The translations under genes and the position numbers were made by a program. The notes under the pieces were generated by a model. That model saw only the letters and a list, made by a program, of their open reading frames with translations. It was not told where the DNA came from and did no database searches. DNA of 64,000 nucleotides from Anthoceros angustus (taxonomy: Eukaryota; Plantae; Anthocerotophyta), in assembly GCA_010909165.1 (NCBI GenBank), contig VJWM01000044.1, positions 1,302,001 through 1,366,000 on the forward strand. Reading direction: 5' to 3'. Shown one piece after another: positions 1 to 11,417 of this stretch (position 1 is its first letter; every line of letters begins with the position of its first letter).

Positions 1-2496
1 GTCACATCCCCTTTCGATGCAACGCTTCTCACCCAGCTCACAAGATCCAGACTGTCTCCGTAGGATTCTTCTCTAAGAATCCTTCCAGTGACAATTTCCA
101 TCAGCACCACTCCAAAGCTGTACACATTGCTCTTCTTGGTCACCTCCATCGTGAATACATATTCTGATCAATCCACTTGCAAGGAGTTAGTATGAACGAA
201 TTCAGGCTAAAAGGTTGAAGGATTTAGAGTGGTGAGACTAGACACTACCTGGAGCAAGATAGCCGACGGAACCTGGAAGGGCTGTCATGCTTCGGGCGTG
301 CCCCTTGGAGGGCTCCATCACGTCAAACAGCTCGCAGTCTCCAATCACGGCTTCAAGCTCTTCACTGACAAAGATGTTGCCTGAGGTGATGTCCAAGTGA
401 ATGATGGAAGAATCGGCTGCCTGGTCGTGAAGGTAAGCGATGCCCTGAGCAGCGCCGAGGGCAATCTGATACCTGGCAGGCCATTTCAGCTTGTTCTGGC
501 TCAGCAGGAGTCGCAGGGTCCCATTTCTGGCCCTCCTGTAGACAATCATGACGGCCTCTTCAGACACCAGGAATCCCACCGGCTGCATCAGATTTTTGTG
601 CTTCAGATAATCCTTGCTCAAAGCGTTTTCCAGTTCTGACATCCGATCTTTGTAGTGCTCCAGCACATCTTTTTCCAGCATGAGCTTCTTCACCACCAGA
701 TCCACCTTTCGGGCTCGGTACATTGTGCTGAACCTGTTGCTGCTTATGGGAGGAGGTTTCCCATTCACTGTGCTATCTACCAGTTCTTCCAGATCCACTC
801 CCGGAAAGCCATCCGTGAGGAAGCGACCTGCAGCTGGTAGCGAAGGATCCATAACGACGGCAGCCCGCCGGCGATACCTGTACCCAGTCCCTCGACAGCG
901 TAACCATGCCAGCAGCAGAACAGCACCGATTCCCAGGGCAGCGCCTGCCCCTAAGATGCCCAGGCCAGGAAGCATCCATTCCTCGGTCCCTGCCTTCTCC
1001 CCGCGCTCGCAAGGAGGCAGCGGGGATCCACACAGCCCGGGGTTACCAGAAAACGAAGTCCGGTTGAGGACGGATGCCGGGAGCGGAGGCAGCGAGCCTG
1101 TGAGCAAGTTGTTGGAGACGTTCAACACCTGCAAGTTCTGCATGCTCTCCATATTCGCAGGAACATGCCCCGACAGCCTGTTGTAGGACAGATCCAGCAC
1201 CCGGAGTTCCTGCAAATCGGTGACCTCGTCCGGAATGCCTCCAGTGAGCGCACTGAAGCTGAGATCAAGCACTTCCAGATTCTCCAAGCTCCCAATCTCC
1301 ACAGGAATGCCCCCGCCGATAGCATTCCTCCCGATCTTGAGCTCCACCAGGTTCCTCAACCCTACAATCGTGCTCGGAATCACGCCAGACATCCGGTTGC
1401 GTTGCAAAACCAAGTGCTTCAAGCTAGTCATGTTCCCCACGTTCTCCGGAATGCCCCCCCCGAGCAGATTGGCACTCAGATCAAGACTGACAAGGCCGGA
1501 CAAGCTGAGCAACGACGGCGGGATGCTGGTGGCCAGATAGTTGAAAGACAAATCCACACTGACCAGCTTCTCCATCTGTCCAATGCCAGCGGGAATCGCT
1601 CCCGCCAGCTGGTTCCTCCGCAGGTTGAGGGACTCCAACTTCCCGCACTTCCCGATCTCAGCCGGGATCGGGCCATACAGCCCGACCCCCTCCAGCTCCA
1701 GAACCGAAAGATTTCCCAACATCCCTATCTCCGCCGGCAGAACGCCTTCCAGAGTGTTTCCGCTCAAACGCAAACCTCTCAGGGCCTGGCACATGCCGAT
1801 CTCGGCCGGAATCGCTCCCACCAGATTGTTCCCAGACAGGTCGATCCATTGCAGCAAACTCCCGTTGCAAATTCCGTGCGGGACAGCCCCGCTCAGAGAA
1901 TTCCCCGACAGGTTCAATGACACCAGCCCCGCGCACCACCCGGGCAAGCTCCCCGTGAGCTGGTTCCCGGACAGATCCAGCTCCTGCAGGCTCAGGGCGG
2001 AGGAGAAGGTGCCGGGCACGCTCTCGTTGAGCCAGTTGTCCGCGAGCCGCAGCACCCTGAGGTCCGGGAGCTGCGCGAGCTGCGGCGGAATGGGACCGGT
2101 GAATGCATTCTGGGAGAGGTCGAGGAAGGCGAGCTTGGTGGCGTTGGCGAGCTCGGGGGGGATCGGGCCGCGCAAATGGTTGTTATCGGCGCTCAGTGTG
2201 AGCAGGTCCGGGAGGGAGCCCAGCGCGGGGGAGAGCGGGCCTTGGAGGCCGAGCGAGGAGAGGGCCAGGCCGGAGACGGAGCCGGTGTCGGAGCAGGTGA
2301 CGCCGAGCCAGGAGCAGGGCTCCGTTCCCGTTTCCCGTTCCTCCCAGCTGCTGAGAGCATAGCTCCCGTTGTCGTCGAGCTCCTGCTTGAATCGCAGCAG
2401 GAGCTGCACATCGGGGGTGAGGCCCAGGCCTGGGCCGAGGAGGAGCAGGAGCAGGAGCAGGAGCAGCAGCAGCAGCAGCGGTTGTGGCCACACCAT
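1..2496 (-). CDS. LRR receptor-like kinase, PXC3/At2g41820-like (RLK1); exon 1 2496-249, intron 248-164, exon 2 163 to beyond window start
   Basis: Poly-Leu signal peptide (MVWPQPLLLL, ATG at 2496), LRRNT (PCSWLGVTC), many plant LRRs (LxxLxLSxNxLxGxIP), TM helix, kinase with IIHLDITSGN. A GT donor at 248 and AG acceptor at 164-165 splice YLAP-E-YVFTMEVTKKSNVYSFG in frame. Confidence 0.92.
2438..2479. repeat. (GCAGGA)n/(GCA)n microsatellite encoding the poly-Leu signal peptide of RLK1
   Basis: gaggaggagcaggagcaggagcaggagcagcagcagcagcagc read directly; translates to a Leu run on the minus strand. Confidence 0.85.
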
Positions 2497-2974
2497 GTCG
2501 TCTGCGAGATTAAGGTGGTTCCCTCTTGGCGCCTTGAATTCCAATTGGTGCCCTGCTGTGAATAGCATCGTCCCGACAAGACATTTTGGTTAGTTGGGCT
2601 CACGTCGCTCACCAGGAGTCCAGGAGTGGTGCAGGTGGCGGGCTGCTTTGGCATCGTTAACTGTTGCAGCCTCTTAGGTACGTTATCTGAGATTCCTGTG
2701 GCATGACCTTGAGGAGCGGGGTTTGCGCAGGGTCGTGCTAGCATCAGGCGCAGCTGGCTGGCCATAAGTTGCTGCAAGGGTCGGGGAACAGGAACTTTCG
2801 AAGCAGTGTGGAACTGTAGGGGTAACCGAAAATTTCATGACTCCAGGAGGGGAAGGTTCTTCTACACTGCATTGGAACACCGAAGAGGTCTTCGGCGGGT
2901 TCACCCATGCAAGGGAGCACCTACGCTACGTACACTACTCTGACTCCCTGTACATATTGCTGAAATATGGTTGC

Positions 2975-5840
2975 TCAGAAACGCTCGTCTTCTGCTCTGC
3001 CGTGGCTCCCTCGGACATCCAGCTCCACGTGTGCCTGTGCCTGCGGCCCTGCTGCTGCTCTCTGCAGCATCTCCACAACAGTTCCCATGTCGGGTCGTTG
3101 CAGTGGAGATGGATCGGTGCAACGCAGGGCCACTTTGAGCACCGTAAGCATTTGCTGTCTCACTGGGAATGACTCTGTGCTTACTGATGGATCCAGGATC
3201 TGCTCCGGTGTCTCTTCCCGCGATGGAGCACCTCTGACCCAGCCCACAAGGTCCACACCACTTCCAAAGGAGTCGTCCGTGGGGTTTTGGCCGGTCAGTA
3301 TCTCGAGAAGGACTACTCCGAAGCTGTAAACATTGCTTTTCTTGGTCACCTGCATGGTATAGGCATACTCTGCAAGGGAAAAGGTACAGGCGACAAGCTA
3401 AGCTGTGTCAGTATTAGCTCCTCAATGACTTGAAGGAAAAAGCAGGGACCATGCTACTCCGCAAAGCAAATCAGTGCCCATCACAAGGGACCGTTGGTTC
3501 AGGACGACGACACCAAGCAAACACTTACTCTCAAGCAGAATCTCATAGAATAGGATATGCAAATTTACCTGGGGCAATGTAGCCTATAGAGCCAGCAACT
3601 GTGGTGATGCTCTTCACATGAGCCTTGGAAGGCTCTATCACTTCCACAAGTTCACAGTCGCCAATAACAGCATCAAACGAAGAATTCAAGAAAATATTGC
3701 CGGAGGTTATGTCAAGATGAATCACTTGGTTCCGGGACCCATCGTGCACATGTGCAAGCCCTTGAGCAACACCCACAGCAATGTTGTACCTCGCAGACCA
3801 AATCATCTTCTCATATTTTGCAGACAACCTGTGCCTCAGAACCCCATTGGGCACATTCGCATGCATGATGTAAAGGGCATCCTCGTGCAAGATGTATCCC
3901 ATAGGACTCATGATGTTCTTATGGGCCAAGAACTCCCTCTGCAAAACTTTCTCCAGCTCTAGATTGCTCCTCCTGTAGTGCTCCACAATTGGCTTGTCCA
4001 CCTTCACTTTCTTCACAGTAAGGTCCGGGAAGGGACCTTCTCGATTTGCAGCCCTGTAAAGAGTAGTGAATCGGTTCACGCTAATCAGCTGTGTTTTGAC
4101 AAGAGAACTCTGAACCAACTCTTCAAAGTTCACGCCATCTCTATCATAGGCATTGGTGAAGAAGCTCCCTACAACTGGCACCACAGAGTCAGCAACTGAA
4201 CTCCGCCAACTTTTGAGCGACGTCCTCCGGCGGTGCAGCCAAACACATAACAGAGCCGTGGCAACAACAAAAACAAATCCTAAAATTCCATAGGCAAGGT
4301 CATGGCCTATGAAACGTCTACCTCCTCTGCTATCGGTCTTGTTAGCATGGTTACAAGAAGCAACCTCTGTAAAATTCAGTGAATCTGGGGTACACAGATT
4401 CAGGTTGTTAGAAAAGTCGCTTGCACTCAGAAGCCTCTGCGAGAACATGGGCAGCGGCCCACTAAGCTGGTTGTTGGAAAGGTCAAGTTCAAGCAGACTG
4501 GACATACTGGTCAAAGCTGAAGGAATTGGACCCGACAGCTCATTATGAGCCATGTTGAGGTTTGTCAACTTGGTTAGCTGTCCCAGAGAGGCTGGAATTC
4601 CTCCAGTCAGGTTGTTGAACTTGAGACTAAGCAGAATCTGGAGATTAAACAATTTCCCAATGCCGTCGGGAATGCTTCCGTTCAGGAAGTTGTAGTCCAG
4701 ATTCGCACCAAGTAGGCTGGAAAGGCTCCCTATAGCTTGTGGTATCTCCCCTGACAGCTGGTTGTTATTCAGGCTCAAGACATTCAACCTGGTCATACCA
4801 CTCACACTCGATGGAATGCTACCAGTCAGTTGATTGTGGCTAAGGTCAAGGATGAGCAGCTGCCCGTAACCACCAAAAATGGACCACGGAATGGGGCCAC
4901 TCAGCTTGTTGCCCGACAGATTCAATCTCCTCAAACTCACAAGTCTCTCCAACTCTTCAGGAATAGTGCTGTTAAACTTGTTGCCACCTAAAACGAGCGT
5001 CGACAGATTGAAGCAGTTACCCAACTCCATCGGAATAGGCCCTTCAAATTCATTCTCCCCGAGGTCCAGAAAGTCCAACGCGCTCAAATTGCCGACAGCA
5101 GTCGGCAGACTTCCATTGAACTGGTTGTAACTCAAGTCCAACCTCTTAAGCTGGTTGCAAAGGCCTATACTGGCAGGGAGCGAGCCGTTTAACTGATTGT
5201 GAGACACATCAATCCACGAGGTGTTGCTTTTGCAGACATTCTCCGGAAAACCGCCTTCGAAAAAGTTGAAGTTGAGCCTGAGCGACTCAAGATCCGGGAT
5301 ATCGGCAATCCACACAGGTATAGGCCCCGTGAGCTGGTTCTCTGACAGATCCACAGCAGTGAGGCTCTGAAGCTTGCCGAGATCCTCTGGAACAGACCCG
5401 TTGAAGCTGTTTTGCGAAAGGAGCAGCGAAGATAAGCGCGTCGCATTGCTGAGACCCGGAGGAATGCTCCCAAAGAAGCCGTTGTTGGACACGTCGAGGG
5501 TGACCAGGTCCTGCAACAGTCCCAAAGAGTCGAGGAGCTTCCCGCTCAGTCCCAGCGAGATCAGTTCAAGCTTTGCCACCCTAGCATTGGAGCAAGTAAC
5601 CCCTTGCCAGGATCCGGAGCATGGGTCTACCGACTCGTCCCAGCTGTTCAGCACCACGGAACCATTGCCATCAGCCACGGAGTCGTTGGGCCTGAGCTGG
5701 TTCTTGAAGTCGATGAGCACCGCTGCTTCCGCACTGAGGTCTGCCGAGACCTCCACTCCATAAAACAGGAAGAGCAGCACGAAGAGCGGGACGACGCAGC
5801 TCCAGAAGCGAGTGCTCCTAACACCCGCGCTCCACACCAT
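2975..5840 (-). CDS. PXC3: LRR receptor-like kinase, PXC3/At2g41820-like (RLK2); exon 1 5840-3569, intron 3568-3370, exon 2 3369-2975
   Basis: Signal peptide, LRRs, TM, kinase VIHLDITSGN. Spliced junction YIAP-E-YAYTMQVT. Exon 2 (NVYSFGVVLLEILT...GVDLVGWVRGAPSREETPEQILD...LKVALRCTDPSPLQRPDM) closely follows my recollection of the At2g41820 C-terminus. The symbol denotes family, not proven orthology. Confidence 0.9.
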
Positions 5841-6450
5841 GGCTACGTTTCTTCCCGCGCGCCACCACCACAATTACGTCAACCGAGCCAGCCCGCCTGA
5901 TGCCACTCCCACTCCCAGTCCCGCTCCCTCAAGCCCCGCCCGGCCCCGCTTTGTCCATCCCGAGCTCCTTCCTCCTTCCTTCTTGCACCTAGCTCGAGAT
6001 AATGCGGCAGAAGCAGCCGGAAGGATCAGGGCAGGGCGCGAGGCCGGCTTGGTCGATCCTCCCTCTCTTCCAAGGGATCACGCAACCACGACCGGAGCTT
6101 TCCCGACGTCAGCGTCCGGGCATCTTGCTCACGCCTCGCACAGCACTGGCGACCGTGCTGTCCGTGGCTCCAAGGGGACAGAATAATGGAGACGGGAGGA
6201 GGAGCATAGTCCTTGGAAGGGGCAGGCGCAGGCCGCCATCGCCATCCCCATCATATCCTTCGCACGAGCGACCAGCACCGGCAGCAGGAAATGCAGGCCA
6301 TGCCAGGCCAGGCCAGGCCCAGCGAGCGCTGCGCCAACGGGCCAGCTACTACTTTTACATGATGTACAGCGCCCTGACGTGCCTGCCCGTCCGGGGCCCA
6401 GGCCCCAGAGGCCCAGACCCAGCCCCAGCCCCAGGCCGGGCCCCGGGCCC

Positions 6451-6664
6451 GGGTCACGGCCCGGGGCCCCCCGGTCCCCCCTGGTTCCCTGGGCCACGGC
6501 CCCTGGGCCCTGGGAGGCCGCGCCAGGCGGTCACACTTTTTCAGGTTCCAACTTCCGACCCGGCAAACGATACGAAATGCACACATCCAACTACCTCGGC
6601 TGCCCCGGTCTCCCACATTCTTGTCCTGCAACGACCTGTGTTGACGGCCCCCGGGCCGTGACCC
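6451..6664. repeat. 214-bp fold-back/MITE-like segment with perfect 19-bp terminal inverted repeats in a very GC-rich tract just downstream of the PPR stop codon
   Basis: 6451-6469 GGGTCACGGCCCGGGGGCC is the exact reverse complement of 6646-6664. No TSD is evident. Confidence 0.6.
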
Positions 6665-6674
6665 ACATCTCTTG

Positions 6675-9428
6675 TCACGACCCTGCGCGACCGACAACGC
6701 TGGCGCTCACCTCCCGCACCATGGCCAGGACCTGCTCGACTTGCGGGTGCCGCTTCTCCCCGGCCGCGAAGGTGTGCACCCCGCTCCCGACCTCGATCCA
6801 GCTCTGTCCCGGCCGCTTCCACGCGCCTGCCTGCTGCCGCATCGCCTCCACCCGCGCGGCCTGCTCCGGCATCTGCCGCTCCGCGTAGATGCCCGCCATG
6901 AGGAGGTACGCGGCCGCGTGCTGCGGCTCTGTCTTCACGGCTGCTCGGAACGCCATCTCCCCGACCCGGACGTCCCCGTGGTTCCGGCAGGCCACCAGCA
7001 CGGAGAGCCAGAGGGCGAGGTCCGGCTGCACGGCGGTGGGGAGCCCGGCCAGGAGTGCCATCGCCGTGTCCAGCCGGCCGGCGCGGCCGAGGAGGTCGAC
7101 CAGGCTGGTGAAGTGCTGCAAGGACGGGGAGATGCCGTGCTCGCTTCTCATGGCCTCCAGGAACCCTAACCCTGCGTCCACCATGCCGGCATGGCTGCAT
7201 GCCGACAGGAGGTGGAGGAAGGTGACGCCGTTCGGCCTCGCCCCGCTGGCTTCCATCTTGCGGAATTGCTCTCTTGCCTTCATCCCGTCTCCCTGCCTCG
7301 CGTAGCCGGCGATGAGGACGTTCCATGCCGCGATGTCGGGGTCCGGGAAGGCGTCGAACACGCGCTGCGCATCCTCCATGCAGCAGCACTTCCCGTAGGC
7401 GTGGATCAGGGACGTTGCCACGCTCGTGTTCCTGTCCGCCCCGCTCTCTGCCATTTCCCGGTGGAGCTGCCTGCACGTGGCTAGGGCTCCCGCGTTGCCG
7501 CACACTTTGAGCAGGGAGATGAAGGTAGCCTCGTTGCCGCGCACTCTCGCCTCTTGCATTTCAGCGTACACTTGCAAAGCGGCCGCGCCGGCTTCGGCGT
7601 CGTCATGCTGAGCGTAGCCTGCGATCATGCTATTCCACGCCACCACATCCGCCTTCTCCAGACTGTCGAACAGCCTCTTGGCGGCTCGCAAGTCTCCGCA
7701 TTTGGCATACATGTCTACCAAGGCGGTGGCCAGATACACATCCAGCTTGTAGCCGCTCTTCTCTACTTCTTCATGGATGCTGTTTCCCCTTCGCAACGAC
7801 TCGACTTTCAGCACCTGCTGCCCATCCTTCTCTGTGAAGCTCAGACTTTCTTCTTCCATGCTTGCAACGAGGCTGCATGCTTTCAGAGCGCTCACATACG
7901 TCCAGTTGTTCGGGCTCATGCCTTGCTCGAGCATTTCCGAGTACAGTTGTAGAGCAGCCTCTCCCTGCTCATCCTGAACATAGCCACCGATCATGGCAGT
8001 CCATGTCACCACATCCCGTTTCGGCAGTGAATCGAACACGCGCCTTGCCTTCACCACATCCCCACATTTGGCATACATGTGAACCAGGGCATTGGCCACA
8101 AGCACATCGGATTCCAAACCAAGTTTGATGAGGTCCGCGTGGATCTCCTCCCCTGCTTGTAACGACTGGCGTTTGATCGATTTCTCATCAACGAGACTGC
8201 CCTCTTCCGAACCTGCCATGGAGCAACATGCTTTGAGCAAGCTGCCAAAGGTCCAACTATCTGGCCGAACACCCTCCTCCTTCATCCGACTGTACAGTTG
8301 CACAGCCATGGCTCCCGCTTCTTGCTTGGCATATCCTGCCACCAGAGCATTCCATGACACGACGTCTCGCTTTCCCAGTCTGTCGAACACCATTCTTGCA
8401 TTCACCATGTCCCCACATTTAGAATAGGCGTCAACCAAACTGTTCCCAACAAATATGTCGGATTCACAGCCCCTTCTTGCAACCTCGGCGTGAATATCCC
8501 GTACTACTTGCAAAGTCTCTGCTTTCATCTGCTGCCCATCCACCAAACTCTCCTTTTCCGCAGCTGCCAGGCTGCCACAGGCTTTGAGCACGCTGGGAAA
8601 TGTGCGGTGGCTTGGCGTGAGACCACTTTGGAGCATCTGGGAATATAATTGCAAAGCCTTCTCACCTGAACCTTGGTGAGCATACCCTCCGATCATCGCA
8701 TTCCATGACACTACATCCCGTTGTGGCAGTCTGCCAAATATGTGCTGAGCATCCACCATACTTCCACACTTTGCATACATGTCCACCAAACTTGTGCCCA
8801 CGAATAAATCCGTCTCCCAGCTCCCTTGGACAACCTTAGCATGTGCCTGCTTGCCTTCTTCCAGATCTGCTGTGCTCCCACAAGCTTTAAGTACGCTGAC
8901 CAAAGTCAACCTATCAGGCTGTTTGCCTTCCTGTTGCATTCGACTGTACACTCTCAGAGCTTCTTGAGCCTGCCCGTTCATCGTGTACCCCGAGATGATC
9001 GCTGTCCATGAGGTTACTGTACGCTCGGAGAGCTGGTTGAACAGCTCCACTGCATTCACAAGACCCCCGCACTTGACATACATATTGACCATGGAGTTCC
9101 CCAAGTAGCTGTTCGATTTGAATGGACTTCTGCGGATGAGGGCATGCACGTGTCTTGCCTCCCTCAGAAGCCTCATCTTAGTGCAAGCCTGCAACAGATA
9201 GCCGAAAGTCTCCACAGACGCAGCAATGCCCTCCTGCTCCATCATGCTAACGACATTCAAAGCCTCCTTAACTCGTCCCCGCTGACACAGAGCTTTCACA
9301 TCATGGGCAGGGTAAGGGCGGTCCACACATGTTTCTGGGGATCTGAACAAAAGCAGAATTGAAGAGTTACTAGAACACCAATGTGCAACAGCAGATACTG
9401 AACCCTCTCTTTTCCAGTTCGAATTCAT
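6675..9428 (-). CDS. PLS-class pentatricopeptide-repeat protein with E1/E2/E+ extension and no DYW domain (putative organellar RNA-editing factor), intronless, 917 aa
   Basis: Repeating P-L-S motifs (VVSWNAMIGGYA; DVFVGNSLVDMYAKCG), LLSACSHAGMV, VDLLGRAG, PG box AWKRPGQSWIEV and VHTFAAGEKRHPQ. Stop occurs before any HSE/CxxC deaminase motifs. Confidence 0.93.
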   Translation of the reverse strand: MNSNWKREGSVSAVAHWCSSNSSILLLFRSPETCVDRPYPAHDVKALCQRGRVKEALNVVSMMEQEGIAASVETFGYLLQACTKMRLLREARHVHALIRRSPFKSNSYLGNSMVNMYVKCGGLVNAVELFNQLSERTVTSWTAIISGYTMNGQAQEALRVYSRMQQEGKQPDRLTLVSVLKACGSTADLEEGKQAHAKVVQGSWETDLFVGTSLVDMYAKCGSMVDAQHIFGRLPQRDVVSWNAMIGGYAHQGSGEKALQLYSQMLQSGLTPSHRTFPSVLKACGSLAAAEKESLVDGQQMKAETLQVVRDIHAEVARRGCESDIFVGNSLVDAYSKCGDMVNARMVFDRLGKRDVVSWNALVAGYAKQEAGAMAVQLYSRMKEEGVRPDSWTFGSLLKACCSMAGSEEGSLVDEKSIKRQSLQAGEEIHADLIKLGLESDVLVANALVHMYAKCGDVVKARRVFDSLPKRDVVTWTAMIGGYVQDEQGEAALQLYSEMLEQGMSPNNWTYVSALKACSLVASMEEESLSFTEKDGQQVLKVESLRRGNSIHEEVEKSGYKLDVYLATALVDMYAKCGDLRAAKRLFDSLEKADVVAWNSMIAGYAQHDDAEAGAAALQVYAEMQEARVRGNEATFISLLKVCGNAGALATCRQLHREMAESGADRNTSVATSLIHAYGKCCCMEDAQRVFDAFPDPDIAAWNVLIAGYARQGDGMKAREQFRKMEASGARPNGVTFLHLLSACSHAGMVDAGLGFLEAMRSEHGISPSLQHFTSLVDLLGRAGRLDTAMALLAGLPTAVQPDLALWLSVLVACRNHGDVRVGEMAFRAAVKTEPQHAAAYLLMAGIYAERQMPEQAARVEAMRQQAGAWKRPGQSWIEVGSGVHTFAAGEKRHPQVEQVLAMVREVSASVVGRAGS

Positions 9429-10179
9429 CAGACCTGCTGCTCCCCATCATTTCCCTTTTATCCTTCCTCGGCAACGGCAGCTCTTGCCCTTGTTTACTCA
9501 CAGCCACTCTGCCTACGGACAAGGCCCCCTCCATAACTTGGTGTTGCATGGAAGACGACGGTGGTTGCCAGATTTTATAGGCAGAAGCTGCCTGCCAGCT
9601 CGGCTTCAGTTTCAACCGAATCTTCTGCAAACACTACCGTAGGTTAACTGACATCACCAGAAATGTGTAAGACAGGAGGAGCACAGGATGCGCATGCACT
9701 TTACCTTCCTTGCCCTGTTCCTCCACCATTCGGAAGGGATTGCAGAACAACCCAGGCAGGCTCTCCCCATTTCCCTTCGCTTGGATTCCAACATCAGACC
9801 TTGGCACAGTTCAGAGTACAGAAGCAAGTGCAAGTAAGCCCTACTCCTTGCTGAGAGCAAACGTGCCAACTCCAAGGGGCGGGCGAGCCAACAACTCCTC
9901 CTCTTCAAATTTGAAAAGTGCGGCCCGCAAACTGCGTACTACGCCCAGAAACTGCCACACAGGTCCGGTCTGATCACTATCCTGTAGCTGCTGCAGCCGG
10001 TGTCACGCCCATGGTTCATACGTGGAAGAGACGTCCACCGTTCCGTTCATGGGGACGCATCATATGCCCACTAATAAATCCCCTGATATTCTAAACGCCA
10101 GGATACGATATCTGTTGTAGAGGCGTCACTCTCTTGACGTGGCGTTGCAACAACCAGACAACAAAGCGTGGAATCTCCC

Positions 10180-11345
10180 ACTGCTCAGGGCGTGTTTGAC
10201 GGACTTTTGTTCAAAAGAATGTAGTAACTCGCCCGTGCTTGCAGCGGGAGATTTTCCAGCAAGGAGTGGCTGAGGAAGCCCTTGATCTGCACAAGAGCTA
10301 TGCAGCATGCAGGCACCGTTGTTGCCGATTGTGTGTCATCTGTCTGCCTCCTGCAGTCATTTATGCTGCTTCCCATGGTAGCGTAAATGAATGGGGAGCA
10401 GTGACCTCAAGCTGGTGTGTCTAACTTGGAGCTAAAACATCTTGTAGTTAGACATGCTCGCAGAGCGTGGTAGACTGGAAGAGGCTCTCAGATTATCAGC
10501 TAGTGTCTTGACGGGCTCCTCACGAAAAGATTGTTCTGACGTGGACTGCTCTGGTCAGGATACTCCCAGCAGCGGCCTCATCATATGTAGGGTGTCCAGG
10601 CAGCCCTTCAGCTTAACATTTCGATTCAAGAAAACTTCACTTTCCTCTGCACCGCTATGGCATGTAGTTTGCCTCATGCAGCCAAGTGGAAATGTGGCAG
10701 CTTTGTTTAATTTGCATGTAGGGTGACAGCTTCATGAGGAACCAAGGGGTGCATGCTCATGTGTTTACAGCCGTTTGATCAGCAGGTGTGCAAGTCCGGG
10801 AGCATGGTTGACGGTTGATGGCTGATGCACAGCAGGCGTTTGAGGATTTGGCGTTCTGGGCTGGAATGCACTGACTGCATTTTACAATTAAGCTTGTTTC
10901 ACAGGATGGGAGGATGGCTTGTAGACCCATTCCCCTTGTGTACTGACGTCGACCGTCATGCGGGTCTGGTGAATGAGGCTGGACAACGTACAGTACGTTG
11001 AACACACTAGGGCTTCATTCCTAAAGCAGGGCTCTGCTCATGCATGGTGGTCTCCTGGGTCGCACCGGCACCGGCACCGGCCAGCTTTTGATGAGGCACT
11101 GGATGTGGTAAGGATAAGTGCTACACCTGTTGCCACAGTTGCGCAGACTCTTTAGCTAGTGCTTGTCGAAAGCGGAGGAACACGGAGATGGGCGCATGCT
11201 TTCGATAAGGCACTAACGGCAGACGAAAGAGTTGGTGCAGCACAGGTGCTGTTGTCTAGGATATACACACCACGAGCCTATATGTGGGAGCGGGTAGAGG
11301 AGATGCAGTCGAGCACGAAAGAAATCGGGGCATGGAAGCCGCCAG
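10180..11345 (+). pseudogene. Highly decayed PLS-type PPR gene remnant, divergent to the intact PPR
   Basis: Broken motifs AQGVFDGL...QQGVAEEALDL (about 10185-10300), FDEALDVV (about 11085-11110) and the E/E+-like VGAAQVLLSRIY...WERVEEMQ...GAWKPP (11230-11345), with stops and frameshifts between them. Confidence 0.55.
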
Positions 11346-11417
11346 AACAGGGCTGGAGAACAGACTTGGTCTGGGTGCCTATGTATGGCATCCGGTTCGG
11401 GCTACAACGGATTGTTG

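Noticed and set aside
6675-6900. DYW or KP-type (U-to-C) deaminase domain on the PPR
   Set aside because: The ORF stops after E+. The PG box is canonical and no HxE/CxxC motif follows.
397-9400. Numerous overlapping + strand ORFs (e.g. 1165-1920, 1541-2362, 6541-7503)
   Set aside because: Antisense or alternate-frame shadows of the GC-rich LRR and PPR genes, with no recognisable domains.
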